IMG/VR virus record: IMGVR_UViG_3300048074_000065 | DNA from: a virus | Direction: 5' to 3' (one strand) | DNA: 64,000 nt | Part shown: in pieces, positions 15,416 through 25,068 of the stretch | Position numbering within the stretch: position 1 is the stretch's first letter | Layout: each line of letters starts with the position of its first letter | Program-made: the position numbers and the translations under genes | Notes under the pieces: model-generated | Told to the model about the DNA's origin: nothing | What the model saw: only the letters and a program-made list of their open reading frames with translations | Databases searched by the model: none

Positions 15416-16183
15416 ATGAAATTCGCGTTGGGCTTTCAATTCCTGAATGAAGCGTCCTGGCTGCGTCTGCACCTGCCTGTGATCCTGCAATCCAGCAGAA
15501 TTGACGGTGTAGTGGCCGTGGACGGCGGCAGCACCGACAATAGCCGCATCGTCATCCTGGGTTTATGCGCGAAACACAAGATCGAAGTTCATCTGTTTAC
15601 TCGTGCCTGGGATTGGGACTTCTCCAAGCAGCAGAACTTCGTGGTAGAACGCTGCGAAGAACTGGGCTACGACGCCTATTTCAAGTGGGACCCGGACGAG
15701 TTGCTGTGGCCGCGTCACATCGACGCCATCGCGGGCCTGCTGCGCGAGTACAAGGTGGTCATCACCCCGCGCTACAACTTCAGCGAAGACCGCCAGCACT
15801 TCTGCCCCTACCTGTGTCCCGACAAACAACTGCGCTTCGTCCAGTTGAACCAGGGCTTTCGCTGGCATGGCAACCTGCACGCCGGGACGAATGCCTACCA
15901 ACTGTGGCGCGAAGACCCCAACAACACGTCGCCCCGCGCGGTGCGCGACATCATCTTCGTGCCGCACATGCCCATCTACCACTATGAGGGCATCAAGCCG
16001 CTGGCGGAACGCGCACTCAAGTGGCTGAATTATGAGCGGGTGGCGGACGGACTGCCAGCGGTGACGGAACTGCCGCCGGACCATCCGGTGCCCCAGTACC
16101 CGCTGCGTGCGACCATTCCGTTCATGGACCCGCAACCGCTCGACCCCGCCGTGATTGGGCTACATGCCCCGTATGGAGAGTGA
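15416..16183 (+). CDS. GT-A/GT2-like glycosyltransferase (putative)
   Basis: ATG at 15416. Motif VAVDGGSTDNS and a DxD-like WDPDE. Confidence 0.5.
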   Translation: MKFALGFQFLNEASWLRLHLPVILQSSRIDGVVAVDGGSTDNSRIVILGLCAKHKIEVHLFTRAWDWDFSKQQNFVVERCEELGYDAYFKWDPDELLWPRHIDAIAGLLREYKVVITPRYNFSEDRQHFCPYLCPDKQLRFVQLNQGFRWHGNLHAGTNAYQLWREDPNNTSPRAVRDIIFVPHMPIYHYEGIKPLAERALKWLNYERVADGLPAVTELPPDHPVPQYPLRATIPFMDPQPLDPAVIGLHAPYGE

Positions 16184-16186
16184 GAG

Positions 16187-16462
16187 ATGAAGATCAGTGA
16201 TATTCAGAGTCCCCGTAGCACCTACGAACTCGATCTGGCCAAGTTGATCGGGAGTCCGATCATTGAAGTGACGGGTTACCTATCAATGGAGTTTGGAGAC
16301 CCCGTGTTTAAACTTTGCCATATTTACTTCGCTGACGGCACGCACGTGAACGTGGAGGGCGAGCACGATATGCCCTATCTAACGGATAGCGGGATTCACA
16401 GTCCGGCTAATTATAATAGCGAGTTGATGCAGCAACTCTACGACGAAAAGAACGAGGAATAG
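16187..16462 (+). CDS. hypothetical protein (91 aa)
   Basis: ORF track with a GAGTGAGAG RBS. Confidence 0.5.
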   Translation: MKISDIQSPRSTYELDLAKLIGSPIIEVTGYLSMEFGDPVFKLCHIYFADGTHVNVEGEHDMPYLTDSGIHSPANYNSELMQQLYDEKNEE

Positions 16463-16463
16463 C

Positions 16464-16571
16464 ATGTCTGCCTTCCTGTTCCGCTTCTGGCGCTTCGGCG
16501 TGACCCGCGCGTACTTCTATCTGCTCGGCACCTGGAAACATCTGATTTGGAGACTGTGGTGGAAACAATGA
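16464..16571 (+). CDS. 35-aa aromatic/hydrophobic peptide (not in the ORF track)
   Basis: Sequence MSAFLFRFWRFGVTRAYFYLLGTWKHLIWRLWWKQ. ATGA overlap with the next gene. Confidence 0.35.
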   Translation: MSAFLFRFWRFGVTRAYFYLLGTWKHLIWRLWWKQ

Positions 16572-16801
16572 GCACCGATGAACGATATACGCTGGAAGGC
16601 GTTTTGGGGCGTTTGCAACAAGAGAAAGAATGGGCTGATCAAGCGTATTCCCTGCTGAAACTCATTTCGGGTTCGGAATGGGCCAACTCGGAGTTTAATC
16701 CTACCGTAATCCAAGCGGCGCGATCTATAGCTGATATTGTGGCCTATCTCGATCTCAAAATCTTCGAGTTCGAGCGCGCGATTCTGGAGGATAAAAAATG
16801 A
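16568..16801 (+). CDS. hypothetical protein (77 aa)
   Basis: ATG at 16568. ATGA overlap with the dehydrogenase gene. Confidence 0.5.
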   Translation: MSTDERYTLEGVLGRLQQEKEWADQAYSLLKLISGSEWANSEFNPTVIQAARSIADIVAYLDLKIFEFERAILEDKK

Positions 16802-18132
16802 CGACTCTCTCGGTCGTAGGACTCGGTAAACTCGGTTCCCCCCTGCTGGCGGTGCTCGCCAACGCAGGCTTCTCCGTGATTGGCGTGGATACGGATGAGG
16901 CGAAGGTCGCAGCGATCAACGCGGGGAAAGCGCCGGTCGAAGAGACGGACTTGCAGGAGTGGCTGGATGGGCTAAAGGGCACGCATTACTATAAGCCTAA
17001 ATTCTCGGCCACCACCGACTTGCGCCAAGCCGTGCTGGACTCCGACACGACGTTCGTCATCGTACCCACGCCCAGCGGGCTGGACGGTGGCTTCGTGCTG
17101 GATTACCTGCTGCCGGTGATGACGGAGATCGGTCACGCCTTGCGCGATGCCGAACATTATCACGTGGTTGTGATTACCAGCACGGTGATGCCCGGACAAA
17201 CCGCCGAGTGTGGAGCGGTCCTGGAAAGTATCAGCGGCAAGAAGTTGGGCGACCATTTCGGGTTGGTGTATTCCCCGACCTTTATAGCCCTAGGTAGTGT
17301 CATCAGAAATCTCACCCAGCCATACTATGCGGTCATCGGAACGGATGATGGGCGAGCCGAGTTTGCGGTCGGTGACATCTATAACAAGATCATCGTGAAT
17401 GGCGCGTCAGTCAATCGGGCCTCACAGATCAATGTCGAAGTCGCCAAGATCGCGCAGAATGCGTTTCTGGCCATGAAGATGGCGTTTGCCAACGACTTGG
17501 GACGGTTGTGCGAGTATCTGCCCGGCGCGAACGCTGATGTGGTCCTGGGACTGCTGGGGCAAGACCTCCGCATTGGCGCTCTCAATCTCACAGCGGGCAC
17601 GGCGGTGGGCGGGCCATGTCTGCCACGGGACTCGCGGGCGCTGGAGCAGGTTTACCAGCGGGCAGGCGTTCCAAAGACAGCGTGCTTATCCTTACGGGAG
17701 TTGGTAGACATCATGAACGACGCGACGACGGAACATCTATGGCGTATCGTGGAGAAGGAAGCGGGCGACGAGGGCGTGGTCGGCGTGCTGGGGTTAGCGT
17801 ACAAGCCCGGTACCTCGGTCTGCGAAGAGTCTGCCAGCCTGGACCTGATAGACCACCTGCTGATGAACCCTCACCGCCGCGTGGTGGTCTACGACCCGCT
17901 GGCGATGGATGAGGCGCGCAAGGAACTGGGGTGCGCGGTCGAGTATGCGGATAGCCCAGAGGATTGCGTGGCTAAGTCGGATGTCGTGGTGCTGATGTTC
18001 CCCGATGCCGAGCTAGTTCCCGTGAATGCCTACACGCGCGAGAAAACCCTCGTGGACCCCTGGCGTGCGGCGCAACCGCCTCTGACCGAATCGGTGTTGT
18101 TCAAGTACATTCCGCTGGGGGTGGGGCAATGA
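16798..18132 (+). CDS. nucleotide-sugar 6-dehydrogenase, closest by eye to GDP-mannose 6-dehydrogenase (AlgD-like)
   Basis: N-terminal GLGKLG Rossmann motif. Blocks TTDLRQAVLDSDTTFVIVPTPS and HVVVITSTVMPG. The catalytic block GGPCLPRDSRAL matches my memory of AlgD (GGSCLPKDVRAL). Confidence 0.75.
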   Translation: MTTLSVVGLGKLGSPLLAVLANAGFSVIGVDTDEAKVAAINAGKAPVEETDLQEWLDGLKGTHYYKPKFSATTDLRQAVLDSDTTFVIVPTPSGLDGGFVLDYLLPVMTEIGHALRDAEHYHVVVITSTVMPGQTAECGAVLESISGKKLGDHFGLVYSPTFIALGSVIRNLTQPYYAVIGTDDGRAEFAVGDIYNKIIVNGASVNRASQINVEVAKIAQNAFLAMKMAFANDLGRLCEYLPGANADVVLGLLGQDLRIGALNLTAGTAVGGPCLPRDSRALEQVYQRAGVPKTACLSLRELVDIMNDATTEHLWRIVEKEAGDEGVVGVLGLAYKPGTSVCEESASLDLIDHLLMNPHRRVVVYDPLAMDEARKELGCAVEYADSPEDCVAKSDVVVLMFPDAELVPVNAYTREKTLVDPWRAAQPPLTESVLFKYIPLGVGQ

Positions 18133-18527
18133 GCAACCATTATGTGTATATGGACGGCGAACCCTTCAGCGGTGCAGTCCTGGAACCTCCTACCCTGACC
18201 GCCGAATATATAGCGGGAGAGGATATTCGGGCGGGGGACATCGTGGGGCGGTATCCGCATCGTCGCGATCTCAAGGTATGGCGTATGCACAACCCCACCC
18301 GCACCGAGCGACTGTTGAAATTCCTGCGACGCGGAGGTCCGTTGCAATTCGCGGGCATTGCACAGCATGACGTAGAAAAGAACGAACAACTCACCGTCAT
18401 TGTCAAAACGGGCACCCTGACTATGGCGGTCAAGAAGTCGATCTATGCCCAACCGGGCATTGACGAACGCACGCCCATCGGCTATGTGGATGAAAACGGC
18501 CATGTCATCATAGGGAAGAAGCCATGA
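18129..18527 (+). CDS. hypothetical protein (132 aa), possibly a DUF2190-like beta fold
   Basis: ATGA overlap. The pattern AGEDIRAGDIVG...FAGIAQHDVEKNEQLTVIVKTG loosely resembles the decoration protein at 31055. Confidence 0.5.
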   Translation: MSNHYVYMDGEPFSGAVLEPPTLTAEYIAGEDIRAGDIVGRYPHRRDLKVWRMHNPTRTERLLKFLRRGGPLQFAGIAQHDVEKNEQLTVIVKTGTLTMAVKKSIYAQPGIDERTPIGYVDENGHVIIGKKP

Positions 18528-19495
18528 TGCGAGCACTGGTCACAGGCGCAGGCGGGTTCATCGGCAGCCACTTGGTCGAGTACCTGAAGGCCAAGGGCTA
18601 CTGGGTACGCGGCGTCGATAAGAAGTACCCGGAGTTCTCTGACTCTGCCGCCGACGAGTTCCTGCTGCTAGACCTTACCTACCCCTTGGCGGCCACCGAA
18701 GCGCTGGCGGGCGGGTTCGATGAAGTCTACGCGCTGGCGGCGGAGATGGGCGGCATGGGCTATATCAGTCAGCAGGGAGCGTACATCCTGCACCAGAACG
18801 CGCTCATCAACCTCAATACGATTGAGGCGGCGCGGCACGCCAAAGTCGGTCGTTACCTGTACACGTCGAGCGCGTGCGTGTATCCAGGCTTCAAACAGAC
18901 GACCCTGGACGCCGCCCCCCTCAAGGAGAGCGATGCGCTTCCGGCATGGCCCGACACCGAGTATGGCTGGGAGAAGTTGTACGCCGAGACGGTGGCGTTG
19001 GCCTATGCGCGGCAGTATGGCATGACGGTGCGCATCCCGCGTTTCCATAATTGCATGGGGCCTAAAGGGGCGTGGATAGGCGGGCGTGAGAAAGCGCCTG
19101 CCGCCTTGTGCCGTAAGATAGCGACGGCCAAACTAGAGGGGCAGAACCCCGTCAAGATCGAGGTCTGGGGTGACGGCACGGCCACGCGCTCCTTTATATA
19201 TATAGACGACTGCCTGGAAGGCGTCTACCGCCTCATGCACAGCCACTACCCTGCTCCGCTCAACATCGGCAGCGACCGCGCCATCTCGATCAACGAGCTG
19301 GCGTATGCGATTGCACGGATTGCAGGCGTGGGCATCGAGCTGGTCCATGTGGAGGGGCCGGTGGGCGTGCAGGGGCGTAACTCGGACAATACACTGGCGA
19401 AAGCGGTGCTGGACTGGGAACCGCAACGCTCGCTGGATGGCGGGCTGGAATTGACGTACAAGTGGATAGAGGAGCAGGTGAAGGCGACCCTATGA
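18524..19495 (+). CDS. extended SDR NAD-dependent epimerase, GDP-mannose 3,5-epimerase-like
   Basis: TGAGGFIGSH and YGWEKLYAE (YxxxK). RIPRFHNCMGPKGAWIGGREKAPAALCRK matches the GME block RFHNIYGPFGTWKGGREKAPAAFCRK. Confidence 0.7.
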   Translation: MMRALVTGAGGFIGSHLVEYLKAKGYWVRGVDKKYPEFSDSAADEFLLLDLTYPLAATEALAGGFDEVYALAAEMGGMGYISQQGAYILHQNALINLNTIEAARHAKVGRYLYTSSACVYPGFKQTTLDAAPLKESDALPAWPDTEYGWEKLYAETVALAYARQYGMTVRIPRFHNCMGPKGAWIGGREKAPAALCRKIATAKLEGQNPVKIEVWGDGTATRSFIYIDDCLEGVYRLMHSHYPAPLNIGSDRAISINELAYAIARIAGVGIELVHVEGPVGVQGRNSDNTLAKAVLDWEPQRSLDGGLELTYKWIEEQVKATL

Positions 19496-20082
19496 CGACC
19501 TGTGCGATAGATGTAGGCGCGCATCGCGGCGAAGTGATGCTGCCCTATGCGTTCGCCCACCCCGCCACCCCGGTGTACGCTTTCGAGCCGGACCCGCGCG
19601 CCTGGCGGTTCGTGTATGGTGCGGCACCCAACTACCATCTCATCCCGGCAGCCGTGGGGGATGTCGAGGGCTGGGCATGGCTCTATCTGAATCGGGTGCC
19701 GGGCTGCTCGTCGCTGCACCGTCTGGACCTGGACGGGCTGACGCGCTGGCCGGAGGGCTTCAACTTCGCGGAGGTCGGGCGGGTGCTGACCCAGGTGCTA
19801 CGGCTGGACACGTTCATGGCGCAGGTGGGCATTGACCGCGTGGCACTGCTCAAACTGGACGCGCAAGCGCATGGATTGCACGTGCTGCGCGGGTTGGGCG
19901 ACCGGCTCGAAAGTGTGGAACGTATCACGATTGAGGTCAACGTGTCGGAGGCGCACACCTATCAGGACGAGTATGGCCCGCGCGACGTCTGCGAGCTGCT
20001 GGAACCAGCGGGCTTCAAGATGACAGACTATGATAGCCAAACGGCGGGCTACGAGGAGAACTGGACCTTTGAACGCCTCTGA
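19492..20082 (+). CDS. FkbM-family SAM-dependent methyltransferase
   Basis: Motifs IDVGAHRGE...YAFEPDPRAW...LLKLDAQAH. ATGA overlap. Confidence 0.65.
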   Translation: MTTCAIDVGAHRGEVMLPYAFAHPATPVYAFEPDPRAWRFVYGAAPNYHLIPAAVGDVEGWAWLYLNRVPGCSSLHRLDLDGLTRWPEGFNFAEVGRVLTQVLRLDTFMAQVGIDRVALLKLDAQAHGLHVLRGLGDRLESVERITIEVNVSEAHTYQDEYGPRDVCELLEPAGFKMTDYDSQTAGYEENWTFERL

Positions 20083-20110
20083 TTCGGTATATGTTCTTAT
20101 CTACAGTCGG

Positions 20111-20335
20111 GTGTTCAGCAAATATGAGATCGAAACAACTCCTTGTGGTGTTTTCACCGAACACCAGCTGGCGGTTCAAGCTATTCCATTGAAAATTGTT
20201 TCATGGGAATGCACAGTTGTTGGCCATATATCAATGGACATAGCTAGGGATGTGAATGGAAATCTATGGACCATAATGGACTGTCAGAAAAATCTTTATT
20301 ACATCCCGCCCTATTATCAAGCGGAGGGTGAATGA
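20111..20335 (+). CDS. hypothetical small protein in an AT-rich insert (start uncertain)
   Basis: Open frame from the track ORF 20030-20335. GTG at 20111 is the first start after the upstream stop, and no clear RBS is present. Confidence 0.3.
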   Translation: MFSKYEIETTPCGVFTEHQLAVQAIPLKIVSWECTVVGHISMDIARDVNGNLWTIMDCQKNLYYIPPYYQAEGE

Positions 20336-21270
20336 AGCGCGTCTACATCCACGCCGACCCTGGCGGAACGTATCTCGGCAATGGCGGCTTCATCTGCCTC
20401 TCCGAACTGGGCACGCGCCTGGAGGGGATGGGCTATTCCGTCGCCTTCTTCGACCCCACCGACAGCCTGACGATGGGGCGTTGGGCGTGGACGGGCTACT
20501 GTGCGCCCGCGCTGACCAGTTGGGAGAGCGTGTGCCATCAGCCGGACGAGAACTACGTGGTGATCACGACATGGCTGTACTCGTGGCTCAACGACTTGAA
20601 TAGACACCCACAACTCTTTTCACACCTACGGTACTGGTGTTCCGGAGAAACGCTCCGCGAGGACTCCCGCTATGATCCCACGCGCGTATGGTTGCGAGAG
20701 CATTGCCCCACCATTGCGATTAACAACCCCACCTTAGCCCCCTGGTATGAGGATTTGGGGCTTGACGCCAAGTGGATGTGGACTAACTGGGTGCGCTCGT
20801 TGTTTCACGCCAACCCGAAAGAACGCATTCCCGGTCGTATCGGCGTGCAGCCCGACAATCACAGTTATCAGATGTTGGTGGCACGGTTGAGTGAGGCGTT
20901 TGGCATGGACAACGTACTGGTCTGTTCTGGCAGCCAGGCTGAAGTGGCGACCAAGATGCGCACGTGCGACCGTTACCTCTTTTGGAACGATTTGTGGCCG
21001 CTGGTGTGTGGCAGTGGGGAGAGTTTCGGCCTGAGTCTCTTTGAGGCGATGGCCAGCGGGTGTCTGTGCATCACCCGTGCCCACTGCGGCAATCTGATGA
21101 CCGAGGACGTGGTGAATCGCCATCAGGACTTGGATGAGGCGATCTACCGGCTGAAATATATCCAGGACTACGGAGATGTTTACCGGAAGCAGCAGCAACT
21201 CTTCGTTGAGCAGGAGTATCGCTGGGACGGTGCGCGGGAGCTGGCAGTGAGGGAATACATCGATGGGTGA
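20332..21270 (+). CDS. GT-B (GT4-like) glycosyltransferase
   Basis: EX7E motif in GSGESFGLSLFEAMASGCLCI. Confidence 0.65.
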   Translation: MKRVYIHADPGGTYLGNGGFICLSELGTRLEGMGYSVAFFDPTDSLTMGRWAWTGYCAPALTSWESVCHQPDENYVVITTWLYSWLNDLNRHPQLFSHLRYWCSGETLREDSRYDPTRVWLREHCPTIAINNPTLAPWYEDLGLDAKWMWTNWVRSLFHANPKERIPGRIGVQPDNHSYQMLVARLSEAFGMDNVLVCSGSQAEVATKMRTCDRYLFWNDLWPLVCGSGESFGLSLFEAMASGCLCITRAHCGNLMTEDVVNRHQDLDEAIYRLKYIQDYGDVYRKQQQLFVEQEYRWDGARELAVREYIDG

Positions 21271-22081
21271 GCCGAAGCGGTGTACGAGGTGCGGAACAGA
21301 ATATCCAGCGACAACTGAGTATTTTTATCGACGCGCGGGTGTGGCGGACGGTCTTAAAAGTCATTGCAAGAATTGTGAACGCGAACAAAGCCGTCAATAT
21401 CGCGTTGAGCACGTAGAAGAAAGGCGTGAATGCCTACGTCAATATCGCGCTGCACATGCAGAGGAATTGCGCGAATCCTACCGACACTATCATGCCGAGC
21501 ACGCGAGTGAAAGAAATGAAGCCAGCCGTATTTATAAACTAGAACACCCAGAAGAAATGCATGAATATAGTAGGCGCTACTATGCTGAACACGCTGAAGA
21601 ACGAGGTGAATATGCTCACCGTTACTATGCTGAACATGTAGAAGAACGAGGTGAGTACGCCCGTCGTTACCGTGCCCAACATCCAGATAAAATGCAAGAC
21701 TCCGAACGCCGACGCCGTGCCCGCGAGGCATCCCTTCCTTTTAATTTTTCAACATTCGCGGCAGATCGTGCATTAGAATACTTTCATGGCTGTTGTGCTG
21801 TTTGTGGAAAACCGTTGCGCGATTTATTCGGGGATATTAAACCCCATTTTGATCATTGGATACCGCTCAGCGATCCACGTGAGAATAATCCTGGCACGGT
21901 GACAACCAATATGGTCGGGCTATGCAACAAGTGCAATATGTCTAAGCACGATCACGATCCTATCGACTGGCTTAACATGAAATTTGACCAGCGAAAAGCA
22001 AAGCGGATCATCCAGCGCGTTGAAACCTATTTTGACTGGGTGCGCAGGCAAGATGCTGAAGAAGACAAGGCGGACCAATGA
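21263..22081 (+). CDS. HNH endonuclease with an N-terminal zinc ribbon and seven 15-aa repeats
   Basis: CTRCGTEYPATTEYFY...CKNC. HNH core HFDHWIPLSD...NMVGLCNKCNMSKHD. Lower GC than the flanking genes. Confidence 0.75.
   Translation: MGEPKRCTRCGTEYPATTEYFYRRAGVADGLKSHCKNCEREQSRQYRVEHVEERRECLRQYRAAHAEELRESYRHYHAEHASERNEASRIYKLEHPEEMHEYSRRYYAEHAEERGEYAHRYYAEHVEERGEYARRYRAQHPDKMQDSERRRRAREASLPFNFSTFAADRALEYFHGCCAVCGKPLRDLFGDIKPHFDHWIPLSDPRENNPGTVTTNMVGLCNKCNMSKHDHDPIDWLNMKFDQRKAKRIIQRVETYFDWVRRQDAEEDKADQ
21395..21709 (+). repeat. seven tandem 45-bp (15-aa) repeats, xY(R/Y)AEHxEERxEYxR
   Basis: The best pair is YYAEHAEERGEYAHR and YYAEHVEERGEYARR. Five more degenerate units precede and follow it. 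Confidence 0.8.
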
Positions 22082-23043
22082 GTGAATCTATCATAATCTT
22101 TTCTTCACTTGAAAACTTAAATAGCCAAGGAGACGCCCCGTATAATGGCGGTTATAAACTTCAAAGTATTTGGTGTAAGTTATTGATTAGTAGGGGCCAC
22201 ACCGCCTACCGGATGACCCTGGACGGTCGAGTCATCCCCTGGATGGTCGAACCCGCTCCGGCGATTTCCTACGTCGATGCGGTTCAGATGGTCGAGTCCG
22301 GTCAGCCCGTCAAGGTAGTCACCACCTGGATGGCGGCGACGTTGGCGCTGCAACTTACGCCTCATCCTTGGTTCTATGATGCTGAGATCGCCCACAGCAG
22401 TTCGGGCGCGCACTTCGACGCCCTGAAGCGTTGGATGCCCCAGTTCGGAGGCGTGGCGACCCATGCTCGTCACCAGGCCGCTTGGTATCTGTGCCAATTC
22501 CAGAAGTCTATCCCGATTATTCAGGAGTGGTCCGATACCGACTACTGGTATCCCATTCCTGAGCAGCGTGTGGAGAACAGAGTGGGGTTCATGGTCGAGG
22601 GTCCGCACACGATGGGCCACATCGACATTATGCGGCGCATGTGTCAGGAAAAGGAACTGCCCGTCGAGTTTTACCACGTCCAGGGGTCTGAGCGCGACGT
22701 GATCGACCAACTCCGCTCATGCGATGTATTCCTGGGTATGAACCCCGGCAAACACCCGCTGTGGCTGGAGGGTTGCCCCCGTTCGCAGCAGGAGGCGCTG
22801 CACGCAGGCTGTGTGCTGATCGCGGGCAACGTGTTGGGCAACCTGGAATTTCTGATGGACGGCTACACCGGCTACCTCGTGCCACGTCTCAACCCGCAAG
22901 CGATGGGTGAGCGCCTGATCTGGGCACTCCAGCATCGGCAGCAGATGGAAATCGTGCGCGCACGCGGGACGGACTTCGTGCAGAAGCAGTTCGCGCCAAC
23001 CGAGAGTAAGTATCAGCAGGTGAAGGAGTGGTTGGGACTATGA
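22078..23043 (+). CDS. GT-B (GT4-like) glycosyltransferase
   Basis: EGCPRSQQEALHAGCVLIAG (EX7E) and the motif MDGYTGYLV. Confidence 0.6.
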   Translation: MSESIIIFSSLENLNSQGDAPYNGGYKLQSIWCKLLISRGHTAYRMTLDGRVIPWMVEPAPAISYVDAVQMVESGQPVKVVTTWMAATLALQLTPHPWFYDAEIAHSSSGAHFDALKRWMPQFGGVATHARHQAAWYLCQFQKSIPIIQEWSDTDYWYPIPEQRVENRVGFMVEGPHTMGHIDIMRRMCQEKELPVEFYHVQGSERDVIDQLRSCDVFLGMNPGKHPLWLEGCPRSQQEALHAGCVLIAGNVLGNLEFLMDGYTGYLVPRLNPQAMGERLIWALQHRQQMEIVRARGTDFVQKQFAPTESKYQQVKEWLGL

Positions 23044-23288
23044 CGACTAAAGCCCCTCAGATGCAGCGCGCGACCAAACACGAGAACCTGAAGCTCTGGT
23101 CGCTGGCACTGACCTACTATCAGGCGATGCGTGACGGCATCGGCCACCAGGACCGTGACGCGACCGTTGCGGCGATTGCGAAGTTGCAGATGGTGATTGA
23201 GCAGGGAGTAGACCTTAATGGACCGCGACGCACTCGAACTAGCGATGGGACCCGGCGCGAAAGCGTTCATCCATCCGACCGAGATTGA
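23040..23288 (+). CDS. hypothetical small protein (3' end overlaps the next gene)
   Basis: ATGA overlap with the upstream glycosyltransferase. The last 70 nt overlap the 23218 gene out of frame, so the true end is unclear. Confidence 0.3.
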   Translation: MTTKAPQMQRATKHENLKLWSLALTYYQAMRDGIGHQDRDATVAAIAKLQMVIEQGVDLNGPRRTRTSDGTRRESVHPSDRD

Positions 23289-23820
23289 CCCCTTCTGCCA
23301 CTGGTGTACCGGCGCGCAGGTGGCCGTCGAAATCGGCGCGGGCTTCGGGGCAAGCGCGGTTCTGCTGCTCATGCACACGCGCGGCACGGTCCACAGCATC
23401 GACTCCTTCGCGGGCGACAGTGAGGGCACGTGGCGCTCCGATCCCGGCCAGGTGCGCATCTACGTCGAACACGCGGCTCAGGTATTGAAGCTGGATGCGT
23501 CGCGATGGGTGCTGCATTGCGGTACATCGCACTACATTGCCATTATCGCCGCGCAACACGGGCTGGCGTGCGACTTCCTATACGTCGATGGCAGTCATGC
23601 TTATGAGCAGGTGGCACAGGACGTCGAGGACTGGTTGCCGATGCTGCAACGGGGCGGGTTGCTGGTGCTGCATGACTCGCGGCGGGTCGAGGGCACGCCT
23701 GCCGGGGTGTATAATCAGGGCTGGGAAGGGCCGACCCAGGTGGCGTTAAACCTGCTGAACGATGAGCGGGTGACGTTGATTGACGAATGCTGGAGCATGA
23801 CCGCATGGAGGAAACTATGA
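23218..23820 (+). CDS. class I SAM-dependent methyltransferase (O-methyltransferase-like)
   Basis: Motif I VEIGAGFGASAVLL and the block LYVDGSHAYEQVAQDVEDWLPMLQRGGLLVLHD. Confidence 0.65.
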   Translation: MDRDALELAMGPGAKAFIHPTEIDPFCHWCTGAQVAVEIGAGFGASAVLLLMHTRGTVHSIDSFAGDSEGTWRSDPGQVRIYVEHAAQVLKLDASRWVLHCGTSHYIAIIAAQHGLACDFLYVDGSHAYEQVAQDVEDWLPMLQRGGLLVLHDSRRVEGTPAGVYNQGWEGPTQVALNLLNDERVTLIDECWSMTAWRKL

Positions 23821-24215
23821 GCGACCGACCGATGAAACTGGAAGTCTTTTCCTATGGGGAACATATTGACCTGGGAGAAGGACATCTGGCCACGTGGTGG
23901 GGTTGGCAGGTCAAGAATGGGGTGGCGGGTATCGGCGATTGCGCGTATGTCGTCACCACTGAGGACTATCAGGAACTCCGCGACCTCTTCCTGGACTACC
24001 AGCAGGCCGCGCTGCAACCCGATCCGGATGACAAGCTGGACGCGATCTATGCCGAGTTCATTGCGCTGATCCAGAAGGCTATCGCGCCAGGCGTTCGGAA
24101 AGACCGGCGTAACCGCTCCTGGTACATGCGCACCTGGCGGCGGGTCAGCGAACCTGTGATCTATCGTCTGCGGGGCATCTGGCACGTGCTGCGCGGTGGA
24201 GGGTGGGATGGCTAA
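23817..24215 (+). CDS. hypothetical protein (132 aa)
   Basis: ATGA overlap at the start. Confidence 0.5.
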   Translation: MSDRPMKLEVFSYGEHIDLGEGHLATWWGWQVKNGVAGIGDCAYVVTTEDYQELRDLFLDYQQAALQPDPDDKLDAIYAEFIALIQKAIAPGVRKDRRNRSWYMRTWRRVSEPVIYRLRGIWHVLRGGGWDG

Positions 24216-25068
24216 ACTCATCACCCTGGTGTTCAACGTCCACAACTCAGCGGAGACGCTGGAAGGCGTGCTGACCTCGTGGTTATCCACGCTATCGGGC
24301 GATCATCAATACGAAGTGGTCGTGACCTACGATGCCTGCACCGACAATTCGGTGTCCGTGGGCAACCGCACACTGAATCATCATTACGGACTCGGTAATT
24401 TTATCTATTCCGAGTTCGAGACGCCTGATATTTTCGAGATCGACGCCAACAATCTGGCCTGGCGGGCAGCTCTATATCAGGACCTTATTGTCTTCATCCA
24501 GGATGACTGCACTCAGTACACACCGAACTGGGACCGCATCCTCGTCCAGTCGCAGCAATGGGCCGACCATCCCGGCGCGACGGCGCTGCTGGCCGGGGGC
24601 TACTTCGGTGCCGACGGCGATACGTACTACCGCGTGGAGACCAACCGTCCGCACAAGGGCGTGCATTTCGGCAAGCACAATATTCCCGATGGGAAGTATC
24701 CGCTGGCACTCTACAGCGTGGACTTCGTGACACGCCCCTTTGCCATCTCCACGCCCCTGCTGCGAGCGCTGGGTGGGTTGGGCGGACCCGGCTACGAGAA
24801 GTTCTGCTGGGATGACACCGACCTGTCGGTGAAACTCTTGCGGAAGGGCTACACCAACCTCTATCTGCCGCTCGACATCGTGAACACCAGCCCGCACACC
24901 GGCAGCGACGTGATGCGCCAGTCGTTCGAGCACAACCACGAGACGTTCCGCGCCGCGCACCGTGAGTGGCTGAGTTGGCGACCGTGCAATGCGTTCAAGC
25001 CGCTGTGCCCCATTGTCGAGCGCGACGGGGAGTTGAAGATCGCACAATACTGGAGCGAGGTGGGATGA
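24208..25068 (+). CDS. GT2-family glycosyltransferase
   Basis: VVVTYDACTDNS and a DxD in FIQDDC. Confidence 0.6.
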   Translation: MAKLITLVFNVHNSAETLEGVLTSWLSTLSGDHQYEVVVTYDACTDNSVSVGNRTLNHHYGLGNFIYSEFETPDIFEIDANNLAWRAALYQDLIVFIQDDCTQYTPNWDRILVQSQQWADHPGATALLAGGYFGADGDTYYRVETNRPHKGVHFGKHNIPDGKYPLALYSVDFVTRPFAISTPLLRALGGLGGPGYEKFCWDDTDLSVKLLRKGYTNLYLPLDIVNTSPHTGSDVMRQSFEHNHETFRAAHREWLSWRPCNAFKPLCPIVERDGELKIAQYWSEVG

